Below are positions 58,101-64,000 of a stretch of 64,000 bases of DNA, in pieces. The DNA is from a bacterium. GTDB taxonomy: Bacteria; UBA10199; 2-02-FULL-44-16; JAAZCA01. Location: positions 640,001 through 704,000 of the forward strand of contig CAXXGI010000001.1 of NCBI GenBank assembly GCA_963674695.2, written 5' to 3'. Numbering within the stretch: position 1 is the stretch's first letter; every line of letters starts with the position of its first letter. The notes under the pieces were generated by a model, which saw only the letters and a list, made by a program, of their open reading frames with translations, was not told the DNA's origin and searched no databases. A program made the translations under genes and the position numbers.

Positions 58101-59430
58101 GCGCTTCAAAATCCTGCTCATGCCCCGCGATCACTGTTGAATGGGGAAAATAGTGCAGCACAAGCGCCCAGTTTTTCGTTCCAAAGAAATCATGATCGAT
58201 GCTGTCGACGAAATTGGGATTATTCTCCCAGTGCATCCTGCGCAGGCGATAGATGAGAGGCCGATGCGTAAGATAATTGTCGAGTTCTTCTTCCGTAGTA
58301 ATGCGTATAAAGCGTGGCTCCTCGAAAAGCTCCAAAACCTCCTTGGCGGAAAAACTTTCAAAGAAGGCGAGCATCTTTTCCGGTGCCAAATCGATGAGTT
58401 CGTGCACATGCGGGGGCACACCCTTCTGCCACAGCGTCTCGGCAATCAGCAGGGCCTGTTGTTTTTCATCGAACAGAGAAACGTCGGAGATGCGACTCAT
58501 CCGTACAGGTTCGATCTGTGAATAATCCTCACACACGCCCCGCTCAACGTCCTGATGCAGCCGAATGATAAAATCGATCTGTTCGCCGGAATACAGCACC
58601 CGCTCGGTGAAGGCACGGATCTGCTCAACATCATCCATCTTCGCGACTCGGTCGAAGTAAAAGCGCAGCCGCTTCTGAAAAGCTGCTTCATCATCATCCA
58701 GTTTCCAATCCCGTATGGCATTGCTTCCGTTTAATCGTTGTTTCCGAAACCGACACAGCATCATCTCGATGCTTTTTCCACGAGAGCCAGATTCACCCTT
58801 CGGACGGGAGAAAAAATCAGCCCCCAAGCGCTGCATCACGTTGAGGTAATCACCCTGAAAGTGCTGCAACATCCTGTTGCCCGGAACGTGATAGAAGAGG
58901 TGTCGCGTCCATTCGTAATCGACATGTCGTTGGCGAGCAGCTTCGCCATCTGTATCGAATATGCCTTCCTGAACCTGAACCCCTTTGATGAAGCCCTGCT
59001 TGGCCCTCTCAAGCAGATCGGTATTATCCAGGACCGCATCGAGATCGGCGCGCCCTTGAATGCGCAGCTGGCAGAGCTGAAAGATCTCTTCATCGCCGAA
59101 GTGGTCGAAGAGTTGCGTAAAGCGTTCCGGGTGTTGTGTGATGAGCGCACGTAATTTCTGAGAGATGAAATCATAGTTTGATTTAAACAGCTTTTCGATG
59201 CGAGCGAGCGTTTGGCGTGCAAGCTGCCTGCGCTGCGCTTTCGAGAGACGAACAGCGGGCGCATTTTCGAGCGAAGGCATTCTGCATGCAGCAAGCAGCT
59301 CGGCACAGGCTTGCCGATCCGGCGAACAAGCAGGGGCATTGGACTGATCGCACAGCTCGACACAGGCATCCTCCGCATACGGCGAGGGACACCACGGGAT
59401 CTGCGCACGGTTTTTGACCTCTGATGCCAT
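55168..59430 (-). CDS. 1420-aa hypothetical protein, possibly with a C-terminal phosphodiester-glycosidase (NAGPA/DUF2233)-like domain
   Basis: Uninterrupted ORF; C-terminal SRRFF...MT..DL......GVKKALYMDTG resembles the R-T-A..MTL.EL..A.NLDGG motif. Confidence 0.75.
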   Translation of the reverse strand: MASEVKNRAQIPWCPSPYAEDACVELCDQSNAPACSPDRQACAELLAACRMPSLENAPAVRLSKAQRRQLARQTLARIEKLFKSNYDFISQKLRALITQHPERFTQLFDHFGDEEIFQLCQLRIQGRADLDAVLDNTDLLERAKQGFIKGVQVQEGIFDTDGEAARQRHVDYEWTRHLFYHVPGNRMLQHFQGDYLNVMQRLGADFFSRPKGESGSRGKSIEMMLCRFRKQRLNGSNAIRDWKLDDDEAAFQKRLRFYFDRVAKMDDVEQIRAFTERVLYSGEQIDFIIRLHQDVERGVCEDYSQIEPVRMSRISDVSLFDEKQQALLIAETLWQKGVPPHVHELIDLAPEKMLAFFESFSAKEVLELFEEPRFIRITTEEELDNYLTHRPLIYRLRRMHWENNPNFVDSIDHDFFGTKNWALVLHYFPHSTVIAGHEQDFEALLDRFGAALWAEDSSLSAFSKRLGIGDNTYYNLGGAKGSPEELRRRADIFFSLANGMNDVRDVATLSGILFGSRAAGGTVTPDIEHLESALALANELVGMLPRQSACCERHSENHPDYADPETRSASDIISNCLFSLDRTLAGDERKEMIARMLMVLLREYELYAADPKRVARLVRIIFEQEESDNCAGIAYLKKLLKSIDAIPRQLFEQRPELVEEVFASTDLATATTILKALQNVPYSPIVKRFVAHASVAKVELIPYLPFLELVGCSAFRLWWLNVKEEETTWRDFVEDPRDGADLRDIDLSKREVYAAFFRGLDSQYASESEAFFKEVRFDKAAQQLQGLSIASQAQKVYAFANAVSPKFRKMLFERILLKEMQKRGAVARTLKPWVSVRTGRIDVTQNNLSEVTALLKVLLDAHTYRQKADDAHDDAPVLAPVSLRADLVDVFEEVPKLNDYESEIMWLAGQLDVEEISVTHLGDLGTLGDYLELVRLMKEYGNLAATRYMNNRFYEIDLAEIFLKGGNSELMMDIGALEAMRVSINMRNKVMGDEVVDSIGTSYLESDHKHPKSIGELLNFSRAWSLSNGIYVQQDVQGLYQQYAQFGYSMIAERVRRGLKQDEQQFADELALQGIILDDLLAELQARNLPVYRRPSDAAKFANRIISHPQYALSRAAQKKLDDQTDTIAAASQVRFEVAQWPSRPGVEVMSVMRGSLEVAKVIKCDRAHARVGVLVERDGLVDTEGAIAELGNRYVFSAPMTFTTGNRKLTEFAFRDGKQMNWLLTADGKDGLLLVRRDGQVRILDKRAVKLSMLLDKADLEDEHIKSLCLKWLNGKRANMKTLDEVLSATLQPFSNIRDKSLFIGILREKRLSLLSTMLLINDEEVHLIPDDGRTSRRFFVEYDDGRFGVIDSSQSMTTADLVRLSLAAGVKKALYMDTGMYDMATYRDGAGHDHLMGHPDTSDSTNRVIISAPLPKGE

Positions 59431-59450
59431 AGCGATAATCTCTGAGAGTA

Positions 59451-59477
59451 TTATCGGTCGAGATCGCCGAAAGTTGT
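59451..59477 (-). promoter_or_regulatory. putative sigma28-type promoter
   Basis: Minus strand reads ACAACTTT-N11-ACCGATAA, 20 bp upstream of ATG 59430. Confidence 0.55.
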
Positions 59478-59655
59478 GTCATTACGTTGTTTTATTTATG
59501 AGAAATCGAAGCGTGCAAAATCGCGTAACCACTCAATTATGAAGAGGTTATTCACTCTCCCTCCATTTTCATTTCGGGAAAGCGACACTTCATTCATGGC
59601 TCGAATGCGTGTAGGCCAAACTCGACAGGAAATGGATGGCTTCGTCTGATGGGCG

Positions 59656-59700
59656 GAATAACAAAGGGGCCACCATAAAACGGTGACCCCTTCGTTATTC
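59656..59700 (-). terminator. probable terminator hairpin
   Basis: Imperfect stem GAATAACAAAGGGGCCACC ... GGTGACCCCTTCGTTATTC downstream of the stop at 59725. Confidence 0.6.
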
Positions 59701-59724
59701 GTGCCTGATGATTCGGAATGCCAA

Positions 59725-60126
59725 CTACTTCACCGAGAAAAGGACCCGCTCCGTCTTCCCACCGTAGACGATGTTCATCAGATAGAGCCCCTTGGCGAGG
59801 TCCTTCTTGCTCATGGTCTGATCGAGCTTGAAATGATCGGTTCCGGAAACCAGGATCACCTCCGCCTTGTCGCCGGCCTTCACCGCACCCGTCTCGGTCG
59901 CCGGAAAGATATTGGCGGTGATGCTCTCCTGTTTGCCCGGCACCTGCACCAGCGCGTCCGGAGCCACCGAGGTAGCAAGCTTGAAGAGGCTCGGCATTGT
60001 CCTATCGAGCGTCATGCCTGCAATCTGCGTCTCGGCAACCGGCGGCAACGGTTTCGAACAGCCAAACCCGACACCAACACTCACAACAATGGCCACGGCG
60101 ATGAAAGCGATGAGCTGCTTCTTCAT
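59725..60126 (-). CDS. hypothetical lipoprotein
   Basis: MKKQLIAFIAVAIVVSVGVGFGC; G-rich RBS. Confidence 0.78.
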   Translation of the reverse strand: MKKQLIAFIAVAIVVSVGVGFGCSKPLPPVAETQIAGMTLDRTMPSLFKLATSVAPDALVQVPGKQESITANIFPATETGAVKAGDKAEVILVSGTDHFKLDQTMSKKDLAKGLYLMNIVYGGKTERVLFSVK

Positions 60127-60320
60127 GGGACCCCCCTTTGGTGAAATGCACTTTATGCTGCGAAAATAGGAAGAAATCCCCCGAATAGCAAGGGCGATAC
60201 GTATTCCGTTTGGAAACACCTCGCCTCGTCCGCTGGAAACTGCCGGAAATACCATTGATTGTCAGCTTTGCATTATATCCGAGCCGGTATAGACTCGCCG
60301 AACGAATTGGAGCTGAGGCC

Positions 60321-60683
60321 ATGGAAAATGTTGCCGTCGTGGGCGCAAGTCCCAAAGAAGAACGATATTCCCATAAAGCCATTCTTTTTCTTGAAGAAAA
60401 GGGGCACAATCCCATACCCGTAAACAAGAGATACGATGAAATACTCGGGAGGAAAAGCTATCCCCGCATCTCCGATGTCCCTGAAAAAATCGATACCGTG
60501 ACAATGTACATCGAAGCAGCCAATCAGAATGCGATCATCGATGAAATAGTCGTGCTGTTGCCCAACAGGGTCATTTTCAATCCCGGAGCGGAGAATCCGG
60601 AGGCCTATGATCGCATCCGGGAGGCGGGAATTACAGTTACAGAGGCATGCACGCTCGTCCTGCTCAAAACCGATCAATTTTAA
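60321..60683 (+). CDS. CoA-binding protein (YccU-like)
   Basis: VAVVGAS...RYS, PVN, FNPGAEN and ACTLV motifs. Confidence 0.9.
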   Translation: MENVAVVGASPKEERYSHKAILFLEEKGHNPIPVNKRYDEILGRKSYPRISDVPEKIDTVTMYIEAANQNAIIDEIVVLLPNRVIFNPGAENPEAYDRIREAGITVTEACTLVLLKTDQF

Positions 60684-60858
60684 ATCCCGAGAAGTCGGGA
60701 ATGACAGAATAGGCTCCCTTCAGGACACGATAAACGATTGGGCCACCCCGTCCGGGGCTGCAAAAAAGTTTCGGGATACGCGATGCGAACCAGATACCGA
60801 AACCCGATACGTGATATTCTATAACATACTGATATATAATGTATAAAAGTGTGCCTGA

Positions 60859-61024
60859 GGTTCGATCGGTTCGGTATTCCTCAAATCATCGGTTGCCGCC
60901 ATCCGCATCTCTGTTATACTCATATCGAACCACAGGGAAGGTTCGATGGGGGATAAATTATTTCAGCTTTAAAACCATACGGTTATGAAGTTTGCTCATA
61001 AATGATGGTTCGATAGGTTCGGTA
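60859..61024. promoter_or_regulatory. repeated GGTTCG(A/G)T boxes upstream of the Fic gene (candidate operator)
   Basis: GGTTCGATCGGTTCGGTA at 60859, GGTTCGATAGGTTCGGTA at 61007, and ATCGAACC-N8-GGTTCGAT at 60924-60947. Confidence 0.5.
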
Positions 61025-61029
61025 AATAC

Positions 61030-62058
61030 ATGGACACCACCGATATCAAAAAAGAGGTCGCACAGCTGCACAAGAACCGGGGGCGCCTCGTCCAGGTTTC
61101 CAATGTGGAATGGTATTCGTTGTTCAAGGACGAAATTCGCAACTCCATCGCCATAGAGGGTGTCTTCACAAACAGAAATGATCTCATCGATGTTCTCGAA
61201 AAGAATAAGCGAACGGACAAGCAGAAGGCCGCCGCGATCCTGGGGTATTTCGAATCGGCCTCGGCCATCTATGAATACGCGGCCAATCAACACAGCGAGG
61301 GAGAGTTCTCGCTGCGCATGTCCGATGTCAGGCAGATCCACACGCTGCTCATGCGCTATGAAAAAGAGATGGGTTTTTACGATGGCGAGCTCGGGGAATT
61401 TCGCAACAAGCGCGTGGACGTCACCATGTCGACCTTTACTCCGGTCAATGCATTTCATGTCAGGCAGGCCATGGAACTTCTCGTGAAGTGGGTCAATCAT
61501 CATATAAAGAAGAAAACGTATACACCGGTCAGGCTGGCGGCGATGGCACATGTGTGGTTTGAGTCGATTCACCCCTTCCGTGACGGGAACGGACGCTCGG
61601 GGAGGATATTGCTGTCGTACGTGCTGATAGGCTGCGGATACATCAACGTTGCCATCAAGGGCGTCTCCAAAAAGGACCGCAATCATTATTATGAATCACT
61701 CGAAAAGGCGGACGACGACTTCGAGTCAATACACAGACGAATCGAGGACGGCGAAACATTCAACGTGGCGGATGTGGACAAGCTCATTCACCGAAACCAT
61801 TTTGATGCATTCACCGCCATCGTCGTTGAAGCGCTGAAAGAATCCGTCTCCCGTCTCAAGGAAGTGGATGTCGACCGGATCGACAAGGAAGCCCTGTTGC
61901 CCCTCAGCGATCTTTCACACCTCTATGGATATTCGTCGGACTATCTCCGAAACCTCATCAATCGGGGAAAATTGAGGGGGCAAAAAAAAGGCAAGACTTG
62001 GTATGTGCGCGTCAAGGATCTTGCCGAGTACATGGAACAACTCACGTCGGATTCTTGA
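61030..62058 (+). CDS. Fic-family protein with C-terminal excisionase/MerR-like HTH
   Basis: HPFRDGNGRSGR; N-terminal autoinhibitory SIAIEG; C-terminal YLRNLINRGKL.G.K.G..W.V. Confidence 0.92.
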   Translation: MDTTDIKKEVAQLHKNRGRLVQVSNVEWYSLFKDEIRNSIAIEGVFTNRNDLIDVLEKNKRTDKQKAAAILGYFESASAIYEYAANQHSEGEFSLRMSDVRQIHTLLMRYEKEMGFYDGELGEFRNKRVDVTMSTFTPVNAFHVRQAMELLVKWVNHHIKKKTYTPVRLAAMAHVWFESIHPFRDGNGRSGRILLSYVLIGCGYINVAIKGVSKKDRNHYYESLEKADDDFESIHRRIEDGETFNVADVDKLIHRNHFDAFTAIVVEALKESVSRLKEVDVDRIDKEALLPLSDLSHLYGYSSDYLRNLINRGKLRGQKKGKTWYVRVKDLAEYMEQLTSDS

Positions 62059-62102
62059 TGATTCCTTGATACGCGTCGAGACAGCGCAAAAACCCTCTCC
62101 CA

Positions 62103-62212
62103 TCAGTATCGTTGTTTCTCCGGGATCACGCCGCGGACGCACCTCGTCTTCGGTCAACTCAAAGTAATCGGCCACGTGCCGACGCGTGACGATGAGCGTG
62201 TGCCCCTCGCTC
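62103..62212 (-). pseudogene. internally deleted copy of the HIT gene at 63669
   Basis: GHTLIVTRRHVADYFELT is joined, with a frameshift, directly to VRGVIPEKQRY*; the HIT motif is missing. Confidence 0.85.
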
Positions 62213-62487
62213 AGGATAAACTCCGCGAGGTGTTCTCCCGAGAACACCCAACCGTTTTCTTCGTCTGACGCTTCCCTCACTGCCGCCAATCGCTGCAGAC
62301 GCAGCAAACGTCGGCGGTGGGTGGCGAAGCTAGTGTGAATAGAGCTTGCCTCGTCTGATGGGTTTTTCAACAGAAAGATAAATGACGCAGGATATCAACA
62401 TGTTGCATCTTTTATTGATCAGAGGGGTTAGGAGGGATCAATTTTTCTATAGCTTCTCGGCTTATTTTCTCATACAGTTGTCAAAGT

Positions 62488-62533
62488 ACACCCGCCGGGC
62501 GCGCCGTAAGGCAGCTCACTTCGGCGGGTTTTT
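62488..62533 (+). ncRNA. structured leader RNA resembling the abiF RNA motif (candidate RNA antitoxin)
   Basis: Stem ACCCGCCG (62490-62497) pairs with CGGCGGGT (62522-62529), enclosing GGCGC and a GCC-GTAA-GGC hairpin; U tract follows; 22 nt upstream of the Abi ATG. Confidence 0.6.
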
Positions 62534-62551
62534 CATATTAAGGATGAATAA

Positions 62552-63457
62552 ATGAAATATTCAAAACCTCCGCTTACGTTTGAAGACCAAGCTGACCTGC
62601 TTATTTCTCGCGGCATGACAGGCAATCGAAATGACATGATTTCCCGTTTATCTGCCGTAAACTACTACCGACTCAGCGGTTACTGGCACACGTTCCGCAA
62701 ATTACCTGAACAGATGTTTCAAGACGGCACCACCCTTGAGAAAGTTTGAAAGCGCTACGCATTTGATCGTCATCTTCGATTACTCGTCATGGATGCCGTT
62801 GAACGTGTTGAAATTGCCGTTCGTACGCAGCTGGCCTATCAGCATGCGCATACGTATATGAATCCCTTTGCTTATGCAGAAGATCCTCGTTCCACCCCTG
62901 GATGGGACCAAGAAAGACGTGACCGTTTTTTGGCCACACTTGCTAATGAAATGAAGACCAGCAAGGAGACCTTCGTTGATCATTTTCGTTCCAAGTATGG
63001 GGCTGAGCATGCCTTCATGCCAATCTGGATGGCTGCGGAGATCATGACCTTCGGACACATGTTGACGCTTTTTCGAGGCTCTTCCCCGCAGATCAAACGT
63101 GCCGTCGCTTCCATGCTGGGCATCCATGACACTGTTGTCGAATCATGGTTATTGATGCTCAACACGATCAGAAACATTTGCGCCCATCATGGAAGGCTGT
63201 GGAATCGTGGGTTAGGAGTTAAACCTAAGATTCCAAATCGTGATCCAAAGTGGCGTACCCTCATCTTAGTCACCAATGATCGAATGTTCGGTGTACTCAC
63301 AATCCTGAAATATTGCCTCGATCATGTTGCACCGCAGAGCAAATGGCCTCATCGCTTAAAAGAACTGATAAGCACATCCTCCGATATTCCACTTACCAGC
63401 ATGGGATTTCCTAACGATTGGGAACGATGTCCGATCTGGATGGAATTTGTACGTTAG
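62552..63457 (+). pseudogene. Abi_2 (AbiD/AbiF-like) HEPN protein interrupted by an in-frame TGA at 62747-62749
   Basis: KPPLTFEDQ..LL.SRG, NYYRLSGY, EKV*KRYAFDR.LR, ERVEIA.R, PIW..E..TFG and RNICAHH.RLWN; both halves are in the same frame. Confidence 0.88.
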
Positions 63458-63629
63458 GGCACCTCTATAAACTGCGTTTTTTGTTTTTGTCATTCCCGCA
63501 TGGAGTAAGCGGGAATCCAGCCAGGTGCCTTTGTGTACGACTTTCCAGGGCTGGATCCCCGACTACAACACTCCCGCCAGAGGCGGGCAGGCGGGGATGA
63601 CAGCCAAAACCGGGTTTTTAGAGGTGTCC
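63457..63629. mobile_element. MITE copy 2
   Basis: GGGCACCTCTATAAAC ... GGGTTTTTAGAGGTGTCC with TTA on both flanks; shares the core ATCCAGCCAGGTGCCTTTGTGTACGACTTTCC with copy 1. Confidence 0.85.
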
Positions 63630-63668
63630 TTATGTTTACCGAAACATCCGTCATCACCCCACACACTC

Positions 63669-64000
63669 TTAATACTTCTGTTTCTCCGGGATCACGCCGC
63701 GGACGCCGCCTTTGGGGTCGGGCATGTCGCCTTCGTAGCGGGGGATGAGGTGCAGGTGCACGTGATCGATCGTCTGGCCGGCGGCGCGCCCCACGTTGAC
63801 GCCGACGTTGTAGCCCTGGGGTTTGTATTCGAGATCGAGCGCGCGCTTCTGCTCGATAAGCATCGCCTGCATCGCCCGCCCTTCTTCAATGGTCAGCTCA
63901 AAGTAATCGCCCACGTGTCGGCGCGTGACGATGAGCGTATGCCCCTGGCTCACCGGATACTTATCACGGATCGCGACGACAACCTCGCCCTCGGCGACGA
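63669..64000 (-). CDS. HIT-family hydrolase (5' end beyond the window)
   Basis: DKYPVSQGHTLI, GYNVGVN, AGQT and HVHLHLIPR motifs; frame stays open to the window edge. Confidence 0.93.
   Translation of the reverse strand, partial: VAEGEVVVAIRDKYPVSQGHTLIVTRRHVGDYFELTIEEGRAMQAMLIEQKRALDLEYKPQGYNVGVNVGRAAGQTIDHVHLHLIPRYEGDMPDPKGGVRGVIPEKQKY

Noticed and set aside
61915-62370. 151-aa minus-strand ORF
   Set aside because: It is a chimera of the HIT remnant, the Fic antisense strand and unassigned sequence.
62747-62749. Genome-wide TGA recoding or selenocysteine
   Set aside because: Many genes here end in TGA with normal coupling, there is no evident SECIS-like hairpin, and the position is not a Cys-type site.
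1-64000. tRNA, rRNA, prophage, integrase or full-length IS
   Set aside because: None was recognisable by eye; a covariance-model or HMM scan would be needed to exclude divergent cases.

Overview
This window is a GC-rich bacterial chromosome segment; its gene content looks like a delta-proteobacterial or Myxococcota-type lineage (inference only). I found no rRNA, tRNA, CRISPR array, integrase or transposase. In order it contains: a beta-PGM/GH65/CBS/GT4 operon facing otsAB; an aminotransferase-transketolase pair; secreted and lipoprotein genes; a PAS-arsP-arsEFG-like cluster; peptidases (M15, M49, M32, M20); an orphan four-gene operon with two ParA/MinD ATPases followed by a repeated palindrome; two paralogous Cache-HAMP-PP2C-anti-sigma plus STAS modules, each linked to an acyl-CoA enzyme; a type IIIA H+-ATPase; a 1420-aa orphan; and a terminal defence-like patch (Fic-HTH, a structured RNA plus an AbiF-like HEPN gene with an in-frame TGA, and HIT). 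The most notable features beyond standard annotation are: (1) the RNA hairpin plus AbiF module bracketed by a HIT gene and its deleted copy; (2) the dual ParA/MinD operon with a candidate cis site; (3) sigma28-type promoters shared by two orphan genes; (4) REP-carrying MITEs, one with a 23-bp duplication of a terminator; (5) three cases of genes sandwiched between duplicated copies of a neighbour. All assignments come from motif recognition by eye, with no database searches.
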